The notes below the pieces were generated by a model. That model worked only from the letters and a program-made list of their open reading frames with translations, did not search any database and was not told the origin of the DNA. DNA of 64,000 nt from an uncultured bacterium. GTDB lineage: Bacteria; Verrucomicrobiota; Verrucomicrobiia; Verrucomicrobiales; DEV007. Shown here one piece after another: positions 39,229 to 48,973 of the stretch (within the stretch, counting starts at the first letter, position 1; every line of letters starts with the position of its first letter). The translations under genes were made by a program, and so were the position numbers. Location of the stretch: positions 96,001 to 160,000 of the forward strand of contig CAXBMO010000013.1 of the NCBI GenBank assembly GCA_963977015.1, written 5' to 3'.

Positions 39229-40269
39229 TTAAGCGGTAATCGTCTCCATCTTGCTGTAGCAGATTGATTCGCAGGCGGGATTCCAGTAGCTCTTCAATTC
39301 ATCGTCCAAGCGGGTGATGCTGAACGAAATCCCGGACATTTCCTGACAGGTAACGAGTGGGCCAACCATCGTGTCGTAAATTCTGACACCGCGCTCATTG
39401 AGAAATTGCTTCGCCTTTTTGAGGCAGATCAGGCACTCCATCATCGTGGTCGATCCCAAACTGTTGACGAAAAAGATCACTTCGTCGCCGGGTTTGAGCG
39501 CCTCGACTTCAGGATCTTCGGTAAAGTCTTTGAAGATCAGGTCCAGCATCATTGGCGTCAGCTCATCAGCGGTCGTCATCGGAATTTCTCCGACTCCCGG
39601 TTCCCCGTGAATCCCCATTCCCAGGCCGATCTTGTCCTCGTCAATGTTGAACGTCGGCATTCCCGTGGCGGGGATGGAGCCCGGGCTCATGGAAACGCCA
39701 ACCGAGCGCGTTTGCAGCACGATCTTTTTCGCGGCGGCTTCAAGTTCATCCAGACTGGTTGCCGTCTGCGACGCGGCTCCTGCCATCTTCACAATCGGCA
39801 CCAAACCCGCGATTCCACGGCGCTTTTCTTTCTCCGTTGGAGGCGCCGAGCAAACGTCGTCCGAAATCAGCACCGTGCGGACATCGATATCCTCGTCCTC
39901 GGCATCCTCTGCGCCGATGTCGAAGTTCATGACGTCTCCGGCGTAGTTTCCGTAGAGATAGAGCACGCCGTTCCCCTTGTTCACCGCTTGAGTCGCCTCG
40001 AAAACGATGTCGGGGGTGGGCGCCGCAAAGATGTCGCCGCAGGCTGCGCCATCCGCCAGATTGCGCCCAACCAATCCGTGATAAATCGGCTCATGACCGC
40101 TCCCGCCACCCACCAAAAGCGCCACTTTGTTGTCTGGAATGTCCTTTTTGACAATTGACCGGCGACCGACTTTGACGCACTCGCCATCGTAAGCGTCGAC
40201 CAACCCGTCAAGGAGTTCATCGGCGACGTTCAGGGGATCATTGATCAGCTTTTTTTGGGTAAGACTCAT
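39229..40269 (-). CDS. dhaK: Dihydroxyacetone kinase subunit K (Dak1 domain)
   Basis: GGGSGHEP, NYAGDVMNF and GMGIHGEPG motifs. Confidence 0.92.
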   Translation of the reverse strand: MSLTQKKLINDPLNVADELLDGLVDAYDGECVKVGRRSIVKKDIPDNKVALLVGGGSGHEPIYHGLVGRNLADGAACGDIFAAPTPDIVFEATQAVNKGNGVLYLYGNYAGDVMNFDIGAEDAEDEDIDVRTVLISDDVCSAPPTEKEKRRGIAGLVPIVKMAGAASQTATSLDELEAAAKKIVLQTRSVGVSMSPGSIPATGMPTFNIDEDKIGLGMGIHGEPGVGEIPMTTADELTPMMLDLIFKDFTEDPEVEALKPGDEVIFFVNSLGSTTMMECLICLKKAKQFLNERGVRIYDTMVGPLVTCQEMSGISFSITRLDDELKSYWNPACESICYSKMETITA

Positions 40270-40515
40270 GATAGGGAATTTCGAAAACTATCGTGCTGAC
40301 TAAAGGACGAAATTCGTCCCTGCCAAGGACTTTTCCGTTTCCCTGTGCCACAATCAAATCTTGTCCCGAATTGGCGCGTTCGATCGTGTTGTCAGGGCGC
40401 CGAAGTCAGAAAGTGTTGATCCAAGAGATTCAAGATGTGAAGGCGAATGGTTCAAGTGCCAGTCAGGAATGAGGTTTTGACAGAGTGATGGGAGAGGAAT
40501 CATGGTTGTGATGGA

Positions 40516-43500
40516 ATGTTTAAGCTCATGAAAACCCCGATTCGATTTCTGGCATTCTGCGCTCGCCCGTCAGGCTTGGTGCACAGACGTAAAACGGGAC
40601 ACCGGCCCGTTCTTCCGAAGACTCCCGCCAATCGACCGCGCCCGTCGTCCGCCGGAACGGGCCGGTGTCCCGTTTTACTTTTTCTCGTCGTGTCGCTCAC
40701 CCTCAACGTCGCCCTCGCCGAGGATCCCGATGCCGACACCTCCGTCGCCGGCAACGACCAGGTCGCCGAGATCATCAAAACCTACGGCGGACGCGGCACC
40801 CTGGCCGATGACACGCCGCCGACTCCGGCCGAAGAAGCGGTGAAGCAGTTCAAGGTCCGCGAGGGGTTCGAAATCGAGCTGATGGCTTCCGAACCGGCGG
40901 TGACGCAGCCACTCTTTGCGACGTGGGATTCGCGCGGGCGGATGTGGGTGGTGCAATACCGGCAATACCAGTTCCCCGCCGGGCTCAAAATCCTGCGCTA
41001 CGACCAGCACCTGCGCGCTGTCTTCGACAAAGTCCCGGAGCCGCCGCCGCATGGGCCGAGGGGCGCGGACGTGATCACGGTGTTTGAAGACACCGATGGC
41101 GATGGATTCTTCGACACGCACAAGGACGTCATCACTGGGCTGAACATCGCCACCTCAGTGCAGGTCGGCCGGGGCGGGATTTGGGTGTTGCAGCCGCCGT
41201 ATCTGCTGTTTTACCCGGATGCCGATGGCGACGATGTGCCGGATGCCGATCCTGAGGTGCACCTGTCCGGGTTCGGGCTGGAGGACACCCATGCCGTCGC
41301 GAACAGCCTGACCTGGGGGCCGGATGGCTGGCTTTACGGCGCGAACGGGAGCACGACGACGGGCAATGTGAGCAGCGCGGTGACGAAGAACGTGCAGTGG
41401 CAGGGCCAGTGCATCTGGCGCTATCATCCGGAGACGAAGGTGTTCGAGATTTTTGCCGAGGGAGGCGGGAACACCTTCAGCCTGGAGATCGACGCGAAGG
41501 GCCACATTTTTTCCGGGACGAACAACGGGAGCACGCGCGGGATGTATTATCCGCAGGGCAGCTATGGCAAAAAGGGCTGGGGCAAGCACGGGCCGCTGAC
41601 CAATCCGTATGCGTTCGGGTTTTTCGAGCACATGCGACACGAGGGGGACAACCGGCGCTTTGCCCAGGCGTTCTGCATTTACGAAGGCGGGTTGTATCCG
41701 GAGGAGTTCGATGGCGCGATCGTGGCGCCCAACTCGCTGCACAACGTGGTGTGGCTGAGCAAGCGGATACGGGATACCTCGACGTATCGAACCGTGGACG
41801 AGGAACCGCTGGTGCAGACGGAGGATCGGTGGTTTCGGCCGGTTTGGTGCGGGGGCGGGCCGGACGGTTGTGTTTACATCGCGGATTGGTACGATACGCG
41901 GTTGAGCCATGTCCGTCCGGTGGACGATTGGCACAAGAGCAGTGGGCGGATTTACCGGGTGAAGCCAGTGGAAGATCCCGGAATGAAGTCACCGGCGGAC
42001 TTTACAAAAGCAGGCGTGGGTGATTTGACGGGTTGGAGTCTTTTTTCGACAAATCCATGGGCCCAGAGGAGGGCAGTTCTTGAGCTTGGATGGCGAAATG
42101 AAGAGAATGACCAAATTGTTGAACTTTTGGAGTCGTTCGTGATGGTTGAACGGAAAGAATGGTATGGATTGAGTGAAAGGATCTTGGGTGGAACCATCGG
42201 TGAGGACGGCGCTCCTCAAGACGTTCTCAACGAATTCGCGGATCAAACGGCTTTAGGTGCGATTTGGGCATTGAACGCGCTCAACGAACGGAATGCGTTT
42301 GCTGAGTTTCTCTCCAAAACGGAGAGTCCAGACGTTCGAAGGTGGATTGTGCGAATTATGGGGGATCGTCGAGAAACTCTTCCCGGATTTGTTGACCTTG
42401 CCCGCACCGAGCCCGATGTCCAAGTCCGCGCCCAACTCGCCTCCACCGCGAAACGTCTCCCTTCTGAAGCCGCGCTCCCGATCATCGAGCAACTCCTCCG
42501 CCGCAGCGAAGACCTTGAGGATTTACACATGCCGCTCATGATCTGGTGGGCGCTGGAGGCACATGCGGAAACCGGGCGCGAGGGCGTAATCGCGATGCTG
42601 AGTAATCCGGAAGTTTGGTCGTTGCCGATGTTGCGCCAACACATTGCGGCGCGCCTCATGCAACGCTACGCGATGGCGGGAGGCGAGGAAAACCTGGCGA
42701 CGGCGGCGAAGCTGCTCGAACTCGCGCCTGATGAGGAAGTCCGTGCGGAACTCCTTGTCGGCTTGAATCGCGCGTTTCAGGGCCTGCCGATGCCGAAGCT
42801 GCCGGATGCGCTTTCCGAGGCTTTGGCCGAATACGAGGCATCGCAGGGCAGTTCCCCGCTCGTCCTCAAACTGCGCCAGGGCGATGCATCGGCGATTCCG
42901 GACGCGGTGAAGGCCGCGACGAGTTCGGCGACGAATCTGGTCGAGCGAATCGAGCTGGCCAAGGCGCTGGGAGATACCGGGAACCCGGCTGCCCTGGCCG
43001 CGTTGCTCAAACTCATCCCGAACGACTCCGAGCACGCTCTGCAACGCGTCGCGATGCGCGCGGCGGCGAAATTCGACGACGAACGGGTCGCCAAAACGAT
43101 TTTGGGCCGCTACAACTCGAGCATCAGCAACGAGCACGACGTCCGCGGCACGGCCAATCGCGTCCTCGCGAGTCGGGCTTCGTGGGCCAAGGCATTCCTC
43201 GATCAGATCGATACCTGGCACATTCGCGCGAACGAAATCCAGCCCGACGTTGTCCAGCAACTCCGCATTTTTGACGAACCGGAAATCGCCGCGTTGGTCG
43301 AGAAACATTTCGGGAGAGCCGGAACGGTCTCCTCGCCGGAAAAACTTGCCGAGATGGCTCGAATCAAGACCGCATTGGCAGGCAAAACCGGCAGCGCCGA
43401 ATCTGGCCGCGTGATTTACACTCAGCGCTGCGCCGTTTGCCACAAGCTTTTCGACGAAGGTGGTGCGATCGGGCCGGAACTGACCGGCTACGAACGCGGA

Positions 43501-43797
43501 AACCTGGAGTTCTGGCTCCCCGGCATCCTCGATCCGAGTCTGGAAATCCGCGAAGGCTACGAAACCTACGTCGCCCGGCTCAAGGACGGCCGCGTCCTCA
43601 CCGGGATGATGGCCGCGCAGGAGCCGCAAACCATCACTCTGCGTGATCTTGCGAACCAAACTTCCATCGTGAGTCGAGCTGATATCGCGAGCCTGCAGGC
43701 CATTCCGATTTCGCTGATGCCGGAAGGATTGCTCGGCGGGTTGAGCGAAGCGCAATTGGCGGATTTGTTCGCCTATTTGAGCCTGACGGCTCAGTGA
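40516..43797 (+). CDS. PVC-type membrane-bound dehydrogenase/heme-binding CxxCH protein (start uncertain: 40516, 40528 or GTG 40579)
   Basis: Beta-propeller motifs (WDSRGRMWV, WGPDGWLY, GPDGCVYIADWY), HEAT-like middle, CAVCH...IGPELT...SLMPEGL. Confidence 0.88.
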   Translation: MFKLMKTPIRFLAFCARPSGLVHRRKTGHRPVLPKTPANRPRPSSAGTGRCPVLLFLVVSLTLNVALAEDPDADTSVAGNDQVAEIIKTYGGRGTLADDTPPTPAEEAVKQFKVREGFEIELMASEPAVTQPLFATWDSRGRMWVVQYRQYQFPAGLKILRYDQHLRAVFDKVPEPPPHGPRGADVITVFEDTDGDGFFDTHKDVITGLNIATSVQVGRGGIWVLQPPYLLFYPDADGDDVPDADPEVHLSGFGLEDTHAVANSLTWGPDGWLYGANGSTTTGNVSSAVTKNVQWQGQCIWRYHPETKVFEIFAEGGGNTFSLEIDAKGHIFSGTNNGSTRGMYYPQGSYGKKGWGKHGPLTNPYAFGFFEHMRHEGDNRRFAQAFCIYEGGLYPEEFDGAIVAPNSLHNVVWLSKRIRDTSTYRTVDEEPLVQTEDRWFRPVWCGGGPDGCVYIADWYDTRLSHVRPVDDWHKSSGRIYRVKPVEDPGMKSPADFTKAGVGDLTGWSLFSTNPWAQRRAVLELGWRNEENDQIVELLESFVMVERKEWYGLSERILGGTIGEDGAPQDVLNEFADQTALGAIWALNALNERNAFAEFLSKTESPDVRRWIVRIMGDRRETLPGFVDLARTEPDVQVRAQLASTAKRLPSEAALPIIEQLLRRSEDLEDLHMPLMIWWALEAHAETGREGVIAMLSNPEVWSLPMLRQHIAARLMQRYAMAGGEENLATAAKLLELAPDEEVRAELLVGLNRAFQGLPMPKLPDALSEALAEYEASQGSSPLVLKLRQGDASAIPDAVKAATSSATNLVERIELAKALGDTGNPAALAALLKLIPNDSEHALQRVAMRAAAKFDDERVAKTILGRYNSSISNEHDVRGTANRVLASRASWAKAFLDQIDTWHIRANEIQPDVVQQLRIFDEPEIAALVEKHFGRAGTVSSPEKLAEMARIKTALAGKTGSAESGRVIYTQRCAVCHKLFDEGGAIGPELTGYERGNLEFWLPGILDPSLEIREGYETYVARLKDGRVLTGMMAAQEPQTITLRDLANQTSIVSRADIASLQAIPISLMPEGLLGGLSEAQLADLFAYLSLTAQ
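40589..40678. mobile_element. REPIN/MITE-like element: two inverted 24-bp REP-like arms around a 42-bp spacer
   Basis: gtaaaacgggacaccggcccgttc (40589-40612) is the exact reverse complement of 40655-40678; each arm has an ACGGG-N7-CCCGT hairpin. Confidence 0.75.
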
Positions 43798-43916
43798 CGG
43801 AGCCGAATTCCTGAGTTTTCGCGAAATCGGTTCGTAAAATCTCGCCTTGCAAAGTCACCTCGCCTGTAAATGGATACCCTTTCACCCTTATCATACCCTA
43901 GACCCTGGCTTTTCTC

Positions 43917-45167
43917 ATGGAACGTAGAGTTGTCATCACCGGAATCGGAGTCCTGTCTCCGGTCGGAAATAATTTAGAAACCTTTTGGGAGTCGATCAAA
44001 GCTGGTCGCAGCGGAATTCGTCGGCTTGAGTCGCTCGATACGACGGAGTATCAGTGCAAGATTGGAGGAGAAGTCGTGGACTACGACCCCAAGGCGTATT
44101 TCAACAATCCCAAGGATGCGAAGCGCGCCGATCGGTTCACGCAATTGGCCATGGGCGCTTCCAAAATGGCCGTCGAGCATTCGGGAATCGATTTCGAGAC
44201 GGTCGATCGCAATCGCATCGGCGTCATGGTTGGCTCTGGCATTGGTGGCTTGGACACGATCGAACGCAACCACACCGCATTGATTCAGAAGCATCCTTCC
44301 CGCGTTTCGCCCTTTGTGATTCCCATGATGATCACGAATATCGCGAGTGGCATGGTTTCGATGGAGTATCAGCTTCACGGACCAAACATGTGTATCGTGA
44401 CCGCCTGCACCACGGCGAACAACAACATCGGGGAAGCTTGGCGGATCATCAAATTCGGCGACGCAGATGCGTTCATCGCCGGTGGTTCCGAGGCCTCCAT
44501 TTCCCCCATGGGCCTCGCCGGTTTCGGAAACATGAAAGCGCTGTGTAGCAACCGGAACGATGATCCGGAGATTGCTTCCCGCCCGTTTGATGTCGATCGC
44601 AGCGGTTTCGTCATGGGTGAAGGTGCCGGTTGCGTGATGATGGAAGAGCTGGAACACGCCAAAGCCCGTGGCGCGAACATCCTGTGCGAACTGGCGGGCT
44701 ATGGCGTCAGCGCCGATGCCTATCACATGAGTGCACCGCATCCGGATGGAATCGGCGCCAGCATGTGCATGGAAAACGCCTTGCGTCACGCCAAGTTGAA
44801 TCCGGAAGACGTTGATTATGTGAACGCTCACGGAACTTCAACATCGCTTGGAGACATTTGCGAAACCAAGGCGATCAAGCAGACCTTTGGCGATTATGCG
44901 AAGGATGGTCTCATGGTTTCCTCCACCAAGTCGATGACCGGACACCTGCTCGGTGCGGCTGGCGGAGTCGAACTCGCAGCCTGCGCAATGGCGATTCGTG
45001 AAGGTGTTGTTCCTCCAACGATCAATCTCGACAATCAGGATCCCGAGTGTGACTTGGATTACGTGCCCAACGAAGCCAGAGAGGTGAAGATTTCGGCCGC
45101 GGTCAGCAACTCGTTCGGCTTCGGCGGTCACAACGCTTCTGTCGTGTTGAAGAAATTTGAAGACTGA
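43917..45167 (+). CDS. fabF: Beta-ketoacyl-ACP synthase II
   Basis: TAC catalytic Cys, NAHGTST, KSMTGHLLGAAG and SNSFGFGG motifs. Confidence 0.96.
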   Translation: MERRVVITGIGVLSPVGNNLETFWESIKAGRSGIRRLESLDTTEYQCKIGGEVVDYDPKAYFNNPKDAKRADRFTQLAMGASKMAVEHSGIDFETVDRNRIGVMVGSGIGGLDTIERNHTALIQKHPSRVSPFVIPMMITNIASGMVSMEYQLHGPNMCIVTACTTANNNIGEAWRIIKFGDADAFIAGGSEASISPMGLAGFGNMKALCSNRNDDPEIASRPFDVDRSGFVMGEGAGCVMMEELEHAKARGANILCELAGYGVSADAYHMSAPHPDGIGASMCMENALRHAKLNPEDVDYVNAHGTSTSLGDICETKAIKQTFGDYAKDGLMVSSTKSMTGHLLGAAGGVELAACAMAIREGVVPPTINLDNQDPECDLDYVPNEAREVKISAAVSNSFGFGGHNASVVLKKFED

Positions 45168-46354
45168 TGATCAAATCCCCTACGTTTCTCCTGTTGCTCG
45201 CGACAGCCTGGCTGACGGGCATCGCGCAGGCTGATTGGCTCCAGTTTCGGGGCTCCGACAGCACCGGCGTCGCCGATGGAGAAGCTCCGGCAGAGTTTCG
45301 TGGGGAGGATTCGATTGCCTGGAGTCTCGATCTACCCGGTCGAGGCTTGTCGAGTCCCATCGTGATTGGCGATAATGTCGTCGTCACGGCCGCAAGCGGT
45401 CCGAACCAGGAATTGCTCCACATCATTTGTGTCGACGCCGGCAATGGCGAAGTCCGGTGGGAGCGTCGATTCTGGGCAACGGGTCGAACCATGACTCACA
45501 AGAAGACGTCGGTCGCCGCGCCGACTCCGTGCAGCAATGGTGAACTCATTTTCGCCTACTACTCGTCAAACGACCTCTTCTGCGTGGATCTGGAAGGCAA
45601 CCTGCAGTGGTTGCGTGGGCTGGGTTACGATTATCCGAACGCCAGCAACAGTCTCGGCATGGCCTCCTCACTCCTCGTGACGGACGACGCGTTGATCGTC
45701 CAGAGCGAAAACGATAGTGAGAGCTTTGCTGCCGGGCTGGATTTGAGGACCGGCGAGAATCTTTGGCGGAAAATGCGGCCCAAGGGAGCCAACTGGACGT
45801 CGCCCGTCGCGTTTGGGGCTGAAGTGGTCGCGTTGCAATCCACCAAAGGCGTTTTGGCCGTCGTTCCCTCGACCGGATCAGAACTCTGGAACTTTGAAGG
45901 AGGCGCCTCTCCAACTCCCAGTTCCGTGGTTAAAGACGGCGTTCTCTACGTTCCTTCCAACGGAATCACCGCCTTGAAACCCGATGGGAAAGGTGGGCCT
46001 CCACAAAAACTTTGGACCAATGGCCAGATCAGCCCGGGAACTGGTAGCCCGATTGTCATCGGCGACCGCATTTACTCGATCAAGGGGAGCTTTGTCGCCG
46101 CCGCCGACCTCGCGACGGGCGAGGAAATCTGGAAGATTCGAGCCGATGGTCCCTTCAGCTCGTCACCGGTCGCTGCTGGGAATTTGATCTATCAGTTCAA
46201 CGAGCAGGGACGTGGCGCAATCATCGATGTCAGTGGTGAAGAAGGCGAAGTGGTCAGCCAAATTGAGCTTGGCGAAGTCATTCTCGCCACGCCCGCCATC
46301 GATGACGGCGCGCTCTATATCCGCAGCGACGGACATCTCTGGAAGCTGCAGTAA
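45167..46354 (+). CDS. PQQ-like (BamB-type) beta-propeller protein
   Basis: Signal peptide, DWLQFRG, SSP repeats and D..TGE..W repeats; TGATG overlap with fabF. Confidence 0.88.
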   Translation: MIKSPTFLLLLATAWLTGIAQADWLQFRGSDSTGVADGEAPAEFRGEDSIAWSLDLPGRGLSSPIVIGDNVVVTAASGPNQELLHIICVDAGNGEVRWERRFWATGRTMTHKKTSVAAPTPCSNGELIFAYYSSNDLFCVDLEGNLQWLRGLGYDYPNASNSLGMASSLLVTDDALIVQSENDSESFAAGLDLRTGENLWRKMRPKGANWTSPVAFGAEVVALQSTKGVLAVVPSTGSELWNFEGGASPTPSSVVKDGVLYVPSNGITALKPDGKGGPPQKLWTNGQISPGTGSPIVIGDRIYSIKGSFVAAADLATGEEIWKIRADGPFSSSPVAAGNLIYQFNEQGRGAIIDVSGEEGEVVSQIELGEVILATPAIDDGALYIRSDGHLWKLQ

Positions 46355-46376
46355 CGTCGGAGAAAAATCCGTTGGT

Positions 46377-47075
46377 CTAGCCTGACCACGAGCTGTAAAT
46401 GCTCACCTTCGTTCCACTGCGCGTGTTGTCGTAGATCAATTGAGCCGCACTGTAGGGAAGCCTGACACAACCCGCGGAAGCCGGATAGCCGGGAAGATGC
46501 CCGGCGTGCACGCCGTAAGCGCTCGAGCCCAGCCGCATCCAATACGGCATGCCCACGTGATAGATGTTTGAAACTTTTCCGCTGCGAACGCGCTCGCTCA
46601 TCGTGAAGGTGCCACGCGGCGTGTATTTGCCAGGACGGGCTGACGAGATCGGCGTCCGCACTGCAATTTCGCCATTCACCAACAGATAAGCGCGTTGCCG
46701 ACTGATATCGATCACCACTCGGGTGTTGCTTCGAGTGCTTCGATTCAGCGCACGTTGGCTCACCACATACGGGTTCGACGTTGATTGGGGAGCACTCGGT
46801 TTTGGTGTCGGAGCTGCTGCCGGTTTCGGTGCGAAGAACGACTGCAACGGGCGGGCCTTCGGGATTTGCTCGCGCGAAGTTGTCGTCCGCCGGTCCCGCA
46901 TCTGCTTGCGTCGGCTACTTCCGTACTTTTTCCAACGGCTCCCGCCAAAAAGCCCGGTCTTTGCTCGTTGTGCGACGGGGCGGGACTCCGAACGCGGTTC
47001 TGCAGACAGCTCAGGAATGCTGATTGAGGAAATGCCGATCACCACGGCGAGAAGGGAAGGGAGAGGTAGTTTCAT
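46377..47075 (-). CDS. L,D-transpeptidase (YkuD family)
   Basis: TPRGTF, MPYWMR and GVH...ASAGCVRL motifs. Confidence 0.9.
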   Translation of the reverse strand: MKLPLPSLLAVVIGISSISIPELSAEPRSESRPVAQRAKTGLFGGSRWKKYGSSRRKQMRDRRTTTSREQIPKARPLQSFFAPKPAAAPTPKPSAPQSTSNPYVVSQRALNRSTRSNTRVVIDISRQRAYLLVNGEIAVRTPISSARPGKYTPRGTFTMSERVRSGKVSNIYHVGMPYWMRLGSSAYGVHAGHLPGYPASAGCVRLPYSAAQLIYDNTRSGTKVSIYSSWSG

Positions 47076-47173
47076 CGTTCTGAGGAGTAGACCGATTTTA
47101 CAGACACCATAGCGATTAGGAAGGCAAAAATGCGCGCCGCGTCCTCCGACCGGGAATTTGCCGCCCTTCAAGC

Positions 47174-48055
47174 TTACTTTACCGAAAACGAGAATGCTCC
47201 GAGGTCGCCCGCGTTGTAGTGATAGTCGCCGGGTTCGGCCTCGAGGATTTTACCGAGCGCTCCGCAGATGATGACTTGGCCTTTGGTTAGTGGGACTCCC
47301 TGATCGTGGGCAAACTGGGCGAGCCAGAGGGCGGTTTCCCACGGCCCTTCCCAGCAATCGGAGCCCTTGGCCGTGTTGATGACGTCCCCGTTCCGGCTGA
47401 GGTTGAGGGGGATGGCTTTGGGGTTGATCTGGTCTTTCGCGACGGGGTGGCCAACGATGTAACCGGCAGCGATGACGTTGATGGCGGCAAGTTCGGCGGC
47501 GGTCGGTCGTTCGCCGGCGGGGCCTTCCCAATCACCTGAGATCAGTTCAATCACCGGGATGATACCGGAGATATGCTGCTGGAGCTCGTCCACGGATTCG
47601 GGGCGTTTGAGAAGGGGCGAGCCGATCGTAAATCCAATTTCGCATTCCAATTTCAGGCCGGGAAAGCGTTGCCGGGAGATGACCGGCGAATCGCGGCCCT
47701 CGAATCGTCCGGAAGCCCGAAGAATCGCGCCAACCGGTTCGGTGATGCCCAACCATTTCTGGCCGGCGGGCGTGACAACGCCACCCTTGATCCCGCCAAT
47801 CCCGTCGTCATCGAGCGTTTGTTGGACCCAGGTGCGTTGGATCTTGTAAGCCTGTCGAAGATTGAGCTCCGGCGCGATCCGGCTCAGGGCGGGGAGCGGT
47901 TTGCCCGCATTCCACGCCGCGACGAATGATTCCGCGAGTTCTTCGGCGGTGGACCTCGAGTGCTCGACCGCAGGTTCGGCGGCGTTGAGAGAGGAGCCCA
48001 AAAGCGGGGCAACGCCAACGAGGGCGATTAGGAGGATTCGGGTGAAACGTCTCAT
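47174..48055 (-). CDS. 2-keto-4-pentenoate hydratase-like (FAH superfamily) protein with signal peptide
   Basis: AYKIQ, GIKGG, ECEIG and LTKGQVIICGAL motifs. Confidence 0.8.
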   Translation of the reverse strand: MRRFTRILLIALVGVAPLLGSSLNAAEPAVEHSRSTAEELAESFVAAWNAGKPLPALSRIAPELNLRQAYKIQRTWVQQTLDDDGIGGIKGGVVTPAGQKWLGITEPVGAILRASGRFEGRDSPVISRQRFPGLKLECEIGFTIGSPLLKRPESVDELQQHISGIIPVIELISGDWEGPAGERPTAAELAAINVIAAGYIVGHPVAKDQINPKAIPLNLSRNGDVINTAKGSDCWEGPWETALWLAQFAHDQGVPLTKGQVIICGALGKILEAEPGDYHYNAGDLGAFSFSVK

Positions 48056-48079
48056 GAGTAGTTGTGATTCGTTGGCGGG

Positions 48080-48949
48080 TTACTGACCTCTCAAGTGCTT
48101 TGCCAAAAACTTCAAGACGAGTTCCTTCTCGCGGGGAGTCCGTTTCCAACCGTGGCCGGAACCGTTGACCACTTCCAGATGGACGTCGAGACCGGCTTCC
48201 CCATAGAGCTTTGCAAACCATTCGGATTGATCGAGGAAAACCGTGCGGTCCTTGTCCCCATGAAAAATGAGAAGGGGCGGATCGTCATCGCTGATGTAAG
48301 TTGCGGGACTGGCGATCCGTGCGGCTTCAAGGTTTTCCTTCACGGGACCACCCAGCAATTTGTAGACGCCGCCTTCGGGCTCATCGGTTTTGGCGGGTTG
48401 ATTTTCTGAACGCTTCACAAAGTCACTGGGACCGTAGTAGTCGATCACGCCCTGCACGCGGGACGATTGATCCGCGTGGCCTGCCGTTGTTCCTTCCAAA
48501 TCCGTGACCCCGCCACTGGTTCCCATCAGCGCGGCGAGATGGCCGCCTGCGGAAGTTCCCGCGACGACGACTCGTGAGGCATCGTAGCCATAGTCGCCGG
48601 CGTTTGCTCGAAGCCAGCGGAGCGCCCCCTTGCAATCATGAATTTGAGCGGGAAACAACGCTTCGCTGCTGAGCCGATATTCCACGCTTGCGACGGCGTA
48701 GCCATGGTTGGCAACCCAGTTGAGGCGGCAGCGTTTCCGGTCACCCGACTGCCAGCCACCTCCGTGGATAAAGAGGAGGAGGGGTGGGGCTTCAATTCCC
48801 TTGGGCATATGGAGATCGAGAAAAAGTTCAACACCATCAGGTTTGGCGATCGCGATCTTTTCAAGAAGTTCGACCTCGTTCTCTGCGAATGCGTTGGCCG
48901 GCAGGGATGCGAGGAGAAGAAGCGGGACGATGATTTGCGGGCTTTTCAT
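48080..48949 (-). CDS. Exported alpha/beta hydrolase (esterase)
   Basis: HGGGW, GTSAGG, HGDKD and GH motifs. Confidence 0.9.
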   Translation of the reverse strand: MKSPQIIVPLLLLASLPANAFAENEVELLEKIAIAKPDGVELFLDLHMPKGIEAPPLLLFIHGGGWQSGDRKRCRLNWVANHGYAVASVEYRLSSEALFPAQIHDCKGALRWLRANAGDYGYDASRVVVAGTSAGGHLAALMGTSGGVTDLEGTTAGHADQSSRVQGVIDYYGPSDFVKRSENQPAKTDEPEGGVYKLLGGPVKENLEAARIASPATYISDDDPPLLIFHGDKDRTVFLDQSEWFAKLYGEAGLDVHLEVVNGSGHGWKRTPREKELVLKFLAKHLRGQ

Positions 48950-48973
48950 GGGGGTGAAGCAAAGGCTTTCAGG

